From Parcubacteria group bacterium Gr01-1014_2 (lineage in GTDB: Bacteria; Patescibacteriota; Minisyncoccia; 2-02-FULL-40-12): DNA of 55,441 nt. Both the position numbers and the translations under genes were made by a program. This document shows, one piece after another, positions 19,953-29,378 of this stretch (positions are counted from its first letter, which is position 1; each line of letters starts with the position of its first letter). The stretch spans positions 1-55,441 of the forward strand of contig VMGG01000004.1 of assembly GCA_007376425.1 (NCBI GenBank). Direction: 5' to 3'. The notes under the pieces were generated by a model. That model was not told the origin of the DNA. It made no database searches and saw only the letters and a program-made list of their open reading frames with translations.

Positions 19953-20717
19953 ATGGAAATATTAGTTGGAGAGCCAAAAGTAGTTCATTATGAGAAAAAC
20001 CGAGCTGTTTTTGAAATCAGTCCGCTTTACGCCGGATACGGCGTGACCCTTGGCAATTCATTAAGGCGCGTACTACTTTCTTCGATGGAAGGCGCGGCCG
20101 CAGTAAAAATCAAAATTGATGGCGTGGCTCATGAATTCTCCACCGTTAACGGCGTTTTGGAAGACGTAGTTGACATAATTTTGAATTTGAAGAAAATCAG
20201 GTTTAAATTATCCGGCGTTGATTCAGCTAAAGTTACTTTGAATGCCAAAGGCGAGAAAGAAATTCACGCCGGCGACTTAAAAGCTCCCTTCGGAGTTGAG
20301 GTGGTCAACCCAGACCAGATTATCGCCACTATTACCGATAAGAAAGCAGAGTTTAATATGGAAATAGAAGTTGAGAGGGGGATTGGTTATATGCCGGTTG
20401 AACAGAAGCAGAAAGAAAAACTTTCAGTTGGAGAGATAGCCATTGATGCCATATTTAATCCGGTCAGAAAGGTAAGCTTCCGAGTTGAAAATATCAGAGT
20501 CGGCGAGAGGACGGATTTTAACAAGCTTTTCGTTGACGTTGAGACTGATGGGAGTATTACCCCTCAAGAAGCGCTAAAAAGAGCAGTTGGAATTTTAATG
20601 GAGCAGTTTAAAGCAGTCGGTGAGAGCGGCAGTTTGCAGATTGAAGAAAAAAGTTCAACCGAAGGAGTTGTCGAGGCGCCGAAGAGAAAAAGAGGAAGAC
20701 CGCGGAAAGAGAAATAG
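19953..20717 (+). CDS. rpoA: RNA polymerase alpha subunit lacking the alpha-CTD
   Basis: GYGVTLGNSLRRVLLSS, HEFST and IDAIFNPV motifs; 254 aa. Confidence 0.96.
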   Translation: MEILVGEPKVVHYEKNRAVFEISPLYAGYGVTLGNSLRRVLLSSMEGAAAVKIKIDGVAHEFSTVNGVLEDVVDIILNLKKIRFKLSGVDSAKVTLNAKGEKEIHAGDLKAPFGVEVVNPDQIIATITDKKAEFNMEIEVERGIGYMPVEQKQKEKLSVGEIAIDAIFNPVRKVSFRVENIRVGERTDFNKLFVDVETDGSITPQEALKRAVGILMEQFKAVGESGSLQIEEKSSTEGVVEAPKRKRGRPRKEK

Positions 20718-20732
20718 AGTATCGATACCTTT

Positions 20733-21080
20733 ATGAGAAAACGCAAAAAAGGTAAAAAATTCGGGAGAGTCAAAGCGCAGAGAAGGGCTTTAATGAATAG
20801 CCTGGCTTCGGCTTTAGTTTTGCATAAAAAGATAAAGACTACCGAGACGAAAGCCAAAGAATTAAGACGGTTTATTGAGCCGTTGATTACAAAGGCAAAA
20901 ATCGGTAATTTGCATAAAAGACGCCAGGTGATAAAGTTTTTATCGGATTCGGTTACAGATAAGTTATTCGGCGATATCGTTCCGTCATATAAAGAAAGGC
21001 CAGGCGGCTATACCAGAATAATAAAATTAGCGCCGCGGCAATCCGACGGTGCGAAGATGGCTCAGATAGAGTTTGTATGA
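20733..21080 (+). CDS. rplQ: 50S ribosomal protein L17
   Basis: IKTTETKAKELR and RPGGYTRI motifs. Confidence 0.97.
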   Translation: MRKRKKGKKFGRVKAQRRALMNSLASALVLHKKIKTTETKAKELRRFIEPLITKAKIGNLHKRRQVIKFLSDSVTDKLFGDIVPSYKERPGGYTRIIKLAPRQSDGAKMAQIEFV

Positions 21081-21415
21081 TTCACGAAATCGATGCGGCA
21101 AACCAGTCATTGGGGCGTTTAGCTTCAAGAGTAGCTCTGATTTTGAGCGGCAAGACGAGCCCTAAGTTTCAAGCCTATATCCTAGCCGGAGAAAAGGTCG
21201 TAGTTTTGAATGCTGGAAAAATAAAGTTGACCGGCCGAAAAATAGACCAGAAAAAATATTATCATTATTCGGGCTATCCGGGCGGCTTAAGAACCATAAA
21301 AGTTAAAGATGTTTTTGAGAAAAACCCAAGCGAGGTGTTGAGAAGAGCGGTTTTGGGGATGCTGCCAAAAAACAGGTTGAGAAAAGAAATGATTAAGAAT
21401 CTGACGTTTAAATAA
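21077..21415 (+). CDS. rplM: 50S ribosomal protein L13
   Basis: IDAANQSLGRLAS, YSGYPGG and GMLPKN motifs. Confidence 0.96.
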   Translation: MIHEIDAANQSLGRLASRVALILSGKTSPKFQAYILAGEKVVVLNAGKIKLTGRKIDQKKYYHYSGYPGGLRTIKVKDVFEKNPSEVLRRAVLGMLPKNRLRKEMIKNLTFK

Positions 21416-21459
21416 ATCCCAATTTAAAATTTAAAATTTGAGTTTTGAATTTAATAACT

Positions 21460-21945
21460 ATGCCTAAAGCAAAAACTAAAACCACAAAGAAAAAAGAAGT
21501 TGAGAAGATAGAAGTTAAGAAAGAAAGTCCGGAAAGGTATCTTGAAGCAGTCGGCCGAAGGAAAGAATCAGTTGCCCGGATAAGGCTTTTTACCAAGAAA
21601 TCAAGCGATGCTTTTCCAGAAGATAAGGGACTTATTTCAGTTAACCAGAAATCATATCAGGATTATTTCAAAGACCCGTTTTTGCAAAATACAGTTGAGA
21701 GCCCTCTTAGAAAATTAAAGTCTTTAGACAGGTTTAAAGGTTCTATATTAGTAAAGGGAGGCGGGCTTACCGGCCAGGCTGAAGCCTCAAGGCTTGGTAT
21801 TTCACGCGCCTTGATTTTGTTTGATGCCAATTACCGAAAAAAGCTCAAAAAATTCGGCTACTTGACCCAGGATTCAAGAATCAAAGAAAGACGCAAGTAC
21901 GGGCTGAAAAAAGCTCGCAAAGCGCCGCAGTGGGCCAAGAGGTAA
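21460..21945 (+). CDS. rpsI: 30S ribosomal protein S9
   Basis: GRRKESVAR, GGGLTGQA and KARKAPQWAKR motifs. Confidence 0.97.
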   Translation: MPKAKTKTTKKKEVEKIEVKKESPERYLEAVGRRKESVARIRLFTKKSSDAFPEDKGLISVNQKSYQDYFKDPFLQNTVESPLRKLKSLDRFKGSILVKGGGLTGQAEASRLGISRALILFDANYRKKLKKFGYLTQDSRIKERRKYGLKKARKAPQWAKR

Positions 21946-22024
21946 ACCCACGACATCGCATTGGGCAAAAAGAAAAACACTGCCAGAAGATGAATAAAAA
22001 CCTTGACTGTGCTATAATCAAATT

Positions 22025-22213
22025 ATGAGTAAAACATACATAACAGTCACGGCAAGTATTTTTACCGTGATAGGTCTTCTTCACCTGGTCAGAGTTATTT
22101 ATGGCTGGGAGGCGGTGATCGGCGCTTGGGAGATTCCGATGTGGGCGAGCTGGCTGGCAGTTTTGGTGGCCGGCAGTCTGGCCGTCAAGGGTTGGGAATT
22201 GAGAAGGAGATAA
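22025..22213 (+). CDS. Small two-TM membrane protein
   Basis: Hydrophobic 62-aa ORF; TATAAT 7 nt upstream of ATG. Confidence 0.7.
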   Translation: MSKTYITVTASIFTVIGLLHLVRVIYGWEAVIGAWEIPMWASWLAVLVAGSLAVKGWELRRR

Positions 22214-22214
22214 T

Positions 22215-23093
22215 TTAAATCACTAAATCATTTCTCATGCCGGTGTCGTCAACTTCCACAAAACGGGTTTGTCCGTTTTCGTTCAAATAGATTAAATGCC
22301 AGCCAGTCTTAAACCAAAAAACCTGTTTTATTTTTTCGTCAGTCCCCAAAATTAATTCTTTCTGGCCTTCTTTGAAATAGGGCGACTCGTTTTCGTCTTT
22401 CAGCCATAAAACATTTATCTCGTTTTGGCCAACAATGGCCATTTTTTTATTATCCGGTGATAGAATCAAATCAGTAGTGGGGGATAAGTGGAGGCGGTCC
22501 CAGTTGCCTTCAGAATTAAGCAAAAATACTCCCGGCGCCTTGAGATCGTAAGAAGCCAGGTAAATATTTTCCCGCAGAATTTTGAGTTTATAATTTTTTA
22601 TATAGACCGCTTCGGAAGAAATTATTTCAGTCTCTCCATTTTCTAAACTATGATAAAGCAAGCCGTCAGTTCTGCTTATGAAGTAATTTGTATTTTCTTC
22701 TTCTTGTTCGGAATTTTTAATGAAATCATTTATTTCTTCATTATTGATTAAATAAATATGGGCCAGTTGTCCGACTTCACCTGACCTAATTTCAATATTC
22801 TTGCTAAGCGATAAAAACCCGTCTTTTTCGATTCTTATATTATAGCTTCTAGGGACAAGGTATTTTTCTATAAAAGTGCCTGATAAAAATGAGGTTTGGC
22901 CGTTAAGCCGGCCGTCTATAAAAATTTGGACATCGCTGAAGTTAGTTTTTACAAATAAACTGCCGGTTTTAACCCAGCCGCGGTTTTTAAAATCGAATTG
23001 ATAGCCGTATGCATAAATGACGACAAGGTAGCTTGAGGCAAAAAAAATGAGAAAAGACGATATTAGGATCAGCTTTTTGAAACGTCTATTCAT
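22215..23093 (-). CDS. PEGA-domain membrane-anchored protein
   Basis: YAYGYQFD...TGSLFV...IFIDG...YNIRIEKDGF pattern. Confidence 0.75.
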   Translation of the reverse strand: MNRRFKKLILISSFLIFFASSYLVVIYAYGYQFDFKNRGWVKTGSLFVKTNFSDVQIFIDGRLNGQTSFLSGTFIEKYLVPRSYNIRIEKDGFLSLSKNIEIRSGEVGQLAHIYLINNEEINDFIKNSEQEEENTNYFISRTDGLLYHSLENGETEIISSEAVYIKNYKLKILRENIYLASYDLKAPGVFLLNSEGNWDRLHLSPTTDLILSPDNKKMAIVGQNEINVLWLKDENESPYFKEGQKELILGTDEKIKQVFWFKTGWHLIYLNENGQTRFVEVDDTGMRNDLVI

Positions 23094-23239
23094 AATTCAG
23101 TCGTTCGAAAACGACTGGGCTATATTTTACATTTTAACTAACCGTCAGTCAATTTGTTTTTGCTGTAGATTTTTGATAGGTTGGAGTTTACAATTAGGCT
23201 TATTTCGTCTATGAAATTTGCCTAACTGTAAACTCTTTT

Positions 23240-24247
23240 ATGTTTACCAAAAAAATCGGAATAGATTTAGGCACAACTAATACTCTTGTTTTTGTTCCGG
23301 GCAACGGCATTAGGATTAATGAACCGTCAGTGGTGGCGATTTCTTTATTTGATAACCGCATCTTAGCGGTCGGCAATTTAGCTAAAGAAATGCTCGGCCG
23401 CGCGCCAGACACGATCTCGGTGGTCAAACCATTGAAAGACGGGGTCATTGCCGATTATAAGGTGACTCAAGCCATGATCAGATATTTTATTAATAATTCA
23501 TTCAGCAAGGTTAATTTTTTTAAAAAAGAAGTTTTGATGTCGGTGCCGGTGGCGATAAGTTCAACCGAAAGGAGAGCAGTGATTGAAGCGGGAATGAATG
23601 CCGGAGTCAAAGCAGTTTATTTGGTCAAAGAGCCGGTGTTAGCGGCAATCGGCGCCGGAATTCCGATCAATTCTTCTTACGGCCATATGGTCGTGAATAT
23701 CGGCGGGGGAACGACCGAGGTGGCAGTAATAAGTCTTGGCGGAGTAGTGACTTCGGCCGGGGTTAGAGTGGCCGGCAATAAAATTGACCAAGCCATTATT
23801 GATTACGTCAAAAAAAAGCATAATCTGGCCATAGGCGAAAGAACGGCCGAGCTGATTAAAATCAATATCGGCACGGCGGTAAAGGTTTCAAATGAAGAAA
23901 CTCTTTCAATCAGGGGGAGAGATTTAGTGACTGGCCTGCCTAAAACTATTGATTTAACTTCTAATGAAGTAAGCGAAGCGATTCAGGAGCAATTAAAAGA
24001 AATCAATCAAGTCATCAAGAAAGTTTTACAGGAAACGCCGCCGGAGCTTTGCGCTGACATTATTGAAAGAGGAATTGTGCTGACCGGCGGAGGGGCTTTG
24101 CTTAAAAATATAGATGTTTTCATCACCCGGCTAACCGGCGTTTCTTCGCATATTGCGGAAGAGCCGCTTCTTTGCGTGGCTAAAGGAGCCGGCGCAGTGC
24201 TTGAGAATTTAGATGTTTATAAGAGAAATATAATTACGAGAAGATAG
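23240..24247 (+). CDS. mreB: Rod shape-determining protein MreB
   Basis: GIDLGTTNT, NIGGGTTEVAVISLGG and LTGGGALL motifs. Confidence 0.96.
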   Translation: MFTKKIGIDLGTTNTLVFVPGNGIRINEPSVVAISLFDNRILAVGNLAKEMLGRAPDTISVVKPLKDGVIADYKVTQAMIRYFINNSFSKVNFFKKEVLMSVPVAISSTERRAVIEAGMNAGVKAVYLVKEPVLAAIGAGIPINSSYGHMVVNIGGGTTEVAVISLGGVVTSAGVRVAGNKIDQAIIDYVKKKHNLAIGERTAELIKINIGTAVKVSNEETLSIRGRDLVTGLPKTIDLTSNEVSEAIQEQLKEINQVIKKVLQETPPELCADIIERGIVLTGGGALLKNIDVFITRLTGVSSHIAEEPLLCVAKGAGAVLENLDVYKRNIITRR

Positions 24248-24255
24248 ATTAAAGT

Positions 24256-24420
24256 AAAAAGCTACCGCGAGGCATATCAATTTCTTCGTTTGGGAGCCCT
24301 TCTTGGAAATGGCACGCAATTTTACTCGAATTGCCGCTAGCTATGGGCGTGTCTACCCCTTTATCCCCTAGCTTGTTACCGGCAATTCTTCGTAAAAGTA
24401 TCGGCCATTTCCTAAGAACC
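24256..24420 (+). repeat. Palindromic element family B, right end replaced by an abutting family A copy
   Basis: caatttcttcgtttgg...gaattgccg...gggcgtgtctacccctttatcccctagc...cggcaattc, shared with 27163-27371 and 45279-45456. Confidence 0.88.
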
Positions 24421-24592
24421 CGTTGGGCGATGCCTTCTCAGGAACATCCGGAGCCGAGCCGTAAAGAGGAGATAAGATAGGTAGCGAGGCGATGGATGAG
24501 CGAGGGGTTTATTCTGATAAACAGGAGATAAAAGAATTATAAAAGTTGTACGAGGCCGAGCGTTTCCTGAAAGGCATTGCCCAAGAAAGGGC
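24419..24592 (-). repeat. Palindromic element family A, copy 3
   Basis: ttgggcgatgcc/ggcattgcccaa arms as in copy 2; conserved core. Confidence 0.88.
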
Positions 24593-24615
24593 TTAACTGC
24601 ATAACATCAATAAAA

Positions 24616-25962
24616 ATGAGGATAGCTTTAGTTCATGATTGGTTGGTGCGGCTTGGCGGAGCGGAGCGGGTCTTGATTGCTTTCCATAAAATTTTCCCCG
24701 AAGCCCCGATCTACACTCTTTTTTACGACAAAGAATTTGTTTCACAGTATCTTCCGAAAGCTAAAATAACTCCTTCATTTTTGCACAAAGTTCCAAATAT
24801 AAAGAAACTGCATCCGTGGCTGAAAATTTTAATGCCCGCGGCCATAGAATCATTTGATTTGTCTGACTTTGATTTGATTATTTCGTCGAGCCACGAATTC
24901 AGCCATGGCGTTTTATCAAAGCAGTCGGCCAAGCATATCTGTTTTTATCATAGCCCTTCCCGAATTTTATGGGACAGGACCTATGAATATGCCAGAGATT
25001 TTAAAGAAAGGGGAAAGGGCGCGTTTAAATTATCTTTAATAAAATTAGGCCAGCATTTTTTGAGAATTTGGGATCATGGAGCCAGCCAAAGGCCAGATGT
25101 TGTCTTAGCCAATTCAAAGCATGTGGCTCAAAGAATTAAAAAATATTATGGCCGAGAAGCCAAAGTGATTTATCCACCGGTAACGCTTTCGCGGGAGCAT
25201 CTGGTCCGCGAAAAGCCTCTCGGGTACAGCCATCTCGGAAACACTCGGCCTCATACAACTTATATACAAAATTTATCTCCTGTTTATCAGAATAAACCCT
25301 CGCTCCTCGTTCGCCTCGCTAAACGGATACCCCCTCTTTACGGCTCGGCTCGCGAGGTTCCTCAATGGCTATACCCTGCGGGCTTTTCGTTCAGAATTAA
25401 TACTGTTCACCGAACAACTCTCGCCCGGCTCGCTGATTACTTTTTAATCGTTTCTCAGCTTTACCCGCACAAAAACATTGACTTGGCGGTTGAAGCATTT
25501 AAGCATTTGCCGAGCTTGAATTTATTAATAATTGGCGAAGGGCCGGAATACAAAAATTTAAAATCCAAAATTAAAAAATTAAAATTAAGAAATGTAGAAT
25601 TGTTAGGGTTTGTTTCAGACGAAGATTTGCCGGTTTATTATAAGGGTTGCTTGGCATATCTTATTTGCAATGAAGAGGATTTTGGCATTTCGCCGATAGA
25701 AGCAATGTCTTTTGGAAAGCCGGTTTTAGCCTATAAAAAAGGCGGGGCAAAAGAGTCGGTGCTGGAAGGAAAAACCGGTGAATTTTTCGATAAGCTTGAA
25801 CCTGACTGTTTATCAGAAGCAGTAGAGTTAATCACTGAAAAAATAAAAAACGGCCATTTTAACGAGCTGGCTATAAAAAAACATTCTGAAAAATTCAGTT
25901 TTGAACGGTTTAAAAAAGAGGTTTTTGATATTATTAAATTTTTAGATTATAATTTGGCATGA
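24616..25962 (+). CDS. GT4-family glycosyltransferase with in-frame element insertion
   Basis: HDWL..GGAERVL, ANS, IYPPV and EEDFGISPIEAMSFGKPV motifs. Confidence 0.92.
   Translation: MRIALVHDWLVRLGGAERVLIAFHKIFPEAPIYTLFYDKEFVSQYLPKAKITPSFLHKVPNIKKLHPWLKILMPAAIESFDLSDFDLIISSSHEFSHGVLSKQSAKHICFYHSPSRILWDRTYEYARDFKERGKGAFKLSLIKLGQHFLRIWDHGASQRPDVVLANSKHVAQRIKKYYGREAKVIYPPVTLSREHLVREKPLGYSHLGNTRPHTTYIQNLSPVYQNKPSLLVRLAKRIPPLYGSAREVPQWLYPAGFSFRINTVHRTTLARLADYFLIVSQLYPHKNIDLAVEAFKHLPSLNLLIIGEGPEYKNLKSKIKKLKLRNVELLGFVSDEDLPVYYKGCLAYLICNEEDFGISPIEAMSFGKPVLAYKKGGAKESVLEGKTGEFFDKLEPDCLSEAVELITEKIKNGHFNELAIKKHSEKFSFERFKKEVFDIIKFLDYNLA
25209..25389 (+). repeat. Palindromic element family A, copy 4, inside the GT4 CDS
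   Basis: Same termini and core as 9539-9721; no stop in the GT frame. Confidence 0.92.
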
Positions 25963-27167
25963 TGCGTTATAAAGCTCTAATACCAGCTATTTTAATTTCC
26001 TTAATTATCGGTTTTTTTGGCGGAGTAGAATTCCAGAAATTCCAGGAGCCAAGCCGGGGATTAAGAGAATTAATCAACCGCGATTTAGGACAACCCGAGG
26101 CGGTTGACTTCAGCTTATTTTGGGATGTTTGGAATCTGGTTCATCAAAGATATGTCGGCCGTTCTGAATTGAATACCCAAGACATGGTTTTGGGGGCGAT
26201 TAAAGGAATGGTTGAAAGCATCGGTGATCCTTTTACTGTATTTTTAAAGGCTGAAGAAAGTAAAAGACTGCAGGAAGACATAAGCGGAGAGTTTGCCGGT
26301 GTCGGGATAGAAATAGGGTTAAGGAAGGGGACTTTAACGGTTATTTCGCCGCTAGATGATACGCCGGCGTCCCGAGCCGGAATCATTGCCGGGGATAAGA
26401 TTTTAAGCATTGACAGCCAGTCAACCGCCGAAATTACCATCGAGGAAGCAGTTTCAAAGATAAGGGGCCGTCGAGGAACTAAAGTTGTTTTGACTATTTC
26501 AAGAAATAAAGACGGGGAAGATGAAACAAAAGATTTTGAATTAGTCAGAGACAAGATAAAAGTCCCGACGGTTAAATGGACCAAGATTGAACCGGATATC
26601 GGTCATATTAGACTTTTTAGTTTTAACCAAATAGCTAAAAATGAATTTGATAAGGCTCTTGATGAATTAAAAAAGCAGGGCGCCAGCAAGAAATTAATTT
26701 TGGATTTAAGAAACAATCCGGGCGGGCTTTTGGATTTAGCCATAGATATCTCAAGCTACTTTTTAGAGCCGGGTTACGTAGTGGTGATTGAAGACTTTGG
26801 CGGTGGTTTAAGAGAAGAACTAAAATCCAAGCCTAATGGCTTTTTAAAAGACGCAAAAGTCGTTATTTTAATCAATAAAGGTTCGGCTTCGGCTTCGGAA
26901 ATCGTGGCTGGCGCCTTGCACGATAACCTTGGCGTCAAACTAATAGGGGAGACGACGTTCGGGAAAGGCTCGGTTCAGCAGGTTGAACAATTGAGGCTTA
27001 AGACGGCTTTGAAAATAACCGTGGCCAAATGGTTGACACCGAAAGGGCGTTCCATTAGCGATCAAGGAATAGAGCCGGATATTAAAATTGAAAGGACCGA
27101 AGAGGATGTTAAAAACGACCGCGACCCGCAGCTGGAGAAGGCGATTGAAGTGATAAAAGAACTGTAG
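25959..27167 (+). CDS. S41A carboxyl-terminal processing protease with PDZ domain
   Basis: GVGIEI, DLRNNPGG, SASASE and TFGKGSVQ motifs. Confidence 0.94.
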   Translation: MMRYKALIPAILISLIIGFFGGVEFQKFQEPSRGLRELINRDLGQPEAVDFSLFWDVWNLVHQRYVGRSELNTQDMVLGAIKGMVESIGDPFTVFLKAEESKRLQEDISGEFAGVGIEIGLRKGTLTVISPLDDTPASRAGIIAGDKILSIDSQSTAEITIEEAVSKIRGRRGTKVVLTISRNKDGEDETKDFELVRDKIKVPTVKWTKIEPDIGHIRLFSFNQIAKNEFDKALDELKKQGASKKLILDLRNNPGGLLDLAIDISSYFLEPGYVVVIEDFGGGLREELKSKPNGFLKDAKVVILINKGSASASEIVAGALHDNLGVKLIGETTFGKGSVQQVEQLRLKTALKITVAKWLTPKGRSISDQGIEPDIKIERTEEDVKNDRDPQLEKAIEVIKEL

Positions 27168-27371
27168 AAAGCCTTAATCGGCAATACCCAATTTCTTCTA
27201 GTGAGCCTCTTCTTGGAAATGGCGCGGTACTTTGCTTGAATTGCCGACAACTAGGGCGTGTCTACCCCTTTATCCCCTAGCTTGTTACCGGCAATTCTTC
27301 GCAAAGATACCGGCCATTTCACAAGACACGCCTCAAATCAGAAATTGGGCATTACCTCATGGCTTTCTACA
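27163..27371 (+). repeat. Palindromic element family B, full copy overlapping the S41 stop codon
   Basis: tgtagaaagcc/ggctttctaca ends; nested cccaatttct/agaaattggg and gaattgccg/cggcaattc stems. Confidence 0.88.
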
Positions 27372-27480
27372 ATTACCTCACGCTTTTCGCTTACTTTATT
27401 ACAAAAGTTCAGAAATCGGCTATACCCCTCGTTTTCTTTTCCCGAATCCGCTCACAAAACATTCCCGCATTGCTTACTTC

Positions 27481-27520
27481 AAAAAGAAAAAGGCCACCGC
27501 AGCTTACGCTTTGGCGGCCT
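27481..27520 (-). terminator. Intrinsic terminator of the minus-strand cassette
   Basis: aggccgc...ggtggcct hairpin followed by ttttcttttt on the minus strand. Confidence 0.7.
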
Positions 27521-27712
27521 GGTGGCTTTGGTCTTTTCTGACGATTCGATTTCATCAACCGTTCAAGGAACAACATACATCCTCCTCTATATACAGGCTA
27601 GCATTTTGATGAATTCCGACGCAAGGTCGGAGTTCCAACTGATAACGTTGAGTTCCGGTGAGGGTCATTAATTGGCATAAGTATCAAAGACGGGATTTTG
27701 ACTCAACGTCTC

Positions 27713-27916
27713 TTAAGAGTCGTAAGAAGCGGACTCTCTCCAAAGCCAGACGATCAAACCGAGGCCGCAGAGAATCACAAACAGAAGTGCCCACGCTGGT
27801 AAATTTTCTACCAAGAACCAGATGTAACTTGTGACATCCAGCTTCAGGTAAAGGTAAATTATCAGCAGACTCATTGTGACGGCAACGCCAAGAGGCAGAA
27901 ATTTCGCTGTTCTCAT
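27713..27916 (-). CDS. Small two-TM membrane protein (cassette cargo)
   Basis: 67 aa; strong SD gaggagg. Confidence 0.75.
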   Translation of the reverse strand: MRTAKFLPLGVAVTMSLLIIYLYLKLDVTSYIWFLVENLPAWALLFVILCGLGLIVWLWRESASYDS

Positions 27917-28174
27917 TTGCTCCTCCTCTATATGCTAAATTACCCGCGCAATTAGTTGAAGCATGGCTTTCTTCCTTGAAAAGGTCTATAAATTTTGTAT
28001 CATAAAGTTAAGTAGCAATCAAATGCGAAAAGCGCGAGGTGTAGCCATTGTTTGTAAAAACATTAAAAAACCAGCTTGGCGTATCTGATCTTTGAACTTT
28101 TGTAAGTTTGTAGCGAGGGGTATAGCCGATTTCTGAACTACCAAGGGAGCAGAAACAAATAACCGAAAGAGAGT

Positions 28175-28229
28175 GAAAATTTGCCGATGACAAATAGGGT
28201 GGAGGGTGCCTTATTTGTCGGCAAATTTT
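28175..28229 (-). repeat. Inner hairpin of family B overlapping the rplI 5' end
   Basis: aaaatttgccga...tcggcaaatttt; matches about 43710-43761. Confidence 0.8.
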
Positions 28230-28622
28230 AATGAGGTCAAGTTCTTACTTGCCTATGCCAGGAATTTTTTGGTGCCAAAGAAGTTGGCGATTCTGGCGAC
28301 CGCTGAAAATTTAAAAGAGATAGATGAATTAAAAAAGAAAAAGGCTTTGACTATTCAAGAGGAGCTTCAGAAAATGAAAGAAGTAGCCGATAGATTAAAA
28401 GATTACAGGTTGATTATTGAAACTAAAGCCGACGAAAAAGGAAATTTATACGCGGCAATAATGCCGAAAAAAATAGGCGAAGCTTTGAGGGAGCGGGGGA
28501 TAGAGGTTAATCCTGACTACCTTGAAATTTTCAATATAATTAAAAAGGTTGGGGTTCACCAAGCTTTATTTAAATATTATGACATTGAGGCTAAATTTGA
28601 AGTAGAGACAGTTCGGGTCTAA
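28206..28622 (+). CDS. rplI: 50S ribosomal protein L9, N-terminally truncated or replaced
   Basis: [19 protein letters not shown] and IKKVG motifs; MKVIL..LG..G start absent; in-frame TGA at 28188-28190. Confidence 0.85.
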   Translation: MPYLSANFNEVKFLLAYARNFLVPKKLAILATAENLKEIDELKKKKALTIQEELQKMKEVADRLKDYRLIIETKADEKGNLYAAIMPKKIGEALRERGIEVNPDYLEIFNIIKKVGVHQALFKYYDIEAKFEVETVRV

Positions 28623-28891
28623 ATAACATTAACAACCGTAGCAATTTTTTTAGAACCGTCAAATTTAGAGAGCTTTTTAGTTTTAAAGTTAATTTTACCT
28701 TCTTTGACAGCGTAAATCGTGTCGTCTCCGCCAAGGCGGACGCCAATACCAGGCACATATTTTGTACCCCTTTGCCTGATTATTATATTGCCTGGCCGAA
28801 CGATCTGATCTCCAAAAAGTTTGACGCCAAGGCGCTGTGAAGCTGATTCACGGGCATTTTTAGACGAACCTTTTTGTTTTGTATGTGCCAT
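28619..28891 (-). CDS. rpmA: 50S ribosomal protein L27
   Basis: GSSKN, RLGVK and IIIRQRGTK motifs. Confidence 0.97.
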   Translation of the reverse strand: MAHTKQKGSSKNARESASQRLGVKLFGDQIVRPGNIIIRQRGTKYVPGIGVRLGGDDTIYAVKEGKINFKTKKLSKFDGSKKIATVVNVI

Positions 28892-28924
28892 AATCTTTAA
28901 ACTTTAAATATTTAAACTTTTCTT

Positions 28925-29335
28925 ATGTTATCAGAAATTTTAGAAACAATCAAGAAAAACCTATTCCTCATATTTTTAATCGTTTTAATCTCCCTTTTGA
29001 GCTTTCAGTTGGGCCGAATTTCAAAAACTTCATTTCAACCTATAAAAATAGAGAAGGCGAGCCTATTAGAAATTCAAAATTTAGGAACTGAAGGTAGAGT
29101 AGGGGAGACTGAAAAAAATTTAAAAACAGACTTCAGGACTAAATCGATCCAAGAATTGGATCGATCGCCCGATTCAATAGAGTTTAGGGTGGTAGCAAGT
29201 AAAAATTCAAATAAATATCACTTCCTTTGGTGTCCGGGAGCAAAACAGATTAAGGAACAAAATAAAATTTATTTTAATACCGAACAAGAAGCAATCAATG
29301 CCGGATATATTTTAGCCGGTAATTGTTCTAAATAG
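28925..29335 (+). CDS. Membrane-anchored Ada-type metal-binding domain protein
   Basis: VASKNSNKYHFLWC...YFNTEQEA..AGY...NC pattern. Confidence 0.75.
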   Translation: MLSEILETIKKNLFLIFLIVLISLLSFQLGRISKTSFQPIKIEKASLLEIQNLGTEGRVGETEKNLKTDFRTKSIQELDRSPDSIEFRVVASKNSNKYHFLWCPGAKQIKEQNKIYFNTEQEAINAGYILAGNCSK

Positions 29336-29378
29336 GCTAAAGCCCGTTGGGTTCGCCCGAACACTTCTATAAGAAATG

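Larger units (their letters stand above)
27406..28139. mobile_element. Cargo segment bounded by a perfect 26-bp inverted repeat
   Basis: agttcagaaatcggctatacccctcg (27406-27431) and its reverse complement (28114-28139). Confidence 0.6.

Noticed and set aside
25183..25434. Group I/II intron or intein in GT4
   Set aside because: No group II GUGYG/domain V, group I P7 or intein C...HN motifs seen
27232..27671. ORFs 27232-27609, 27258-27671 and 27359-27541
   Set aside because: They run through family B, an IR arm and a terminator; likely spurious
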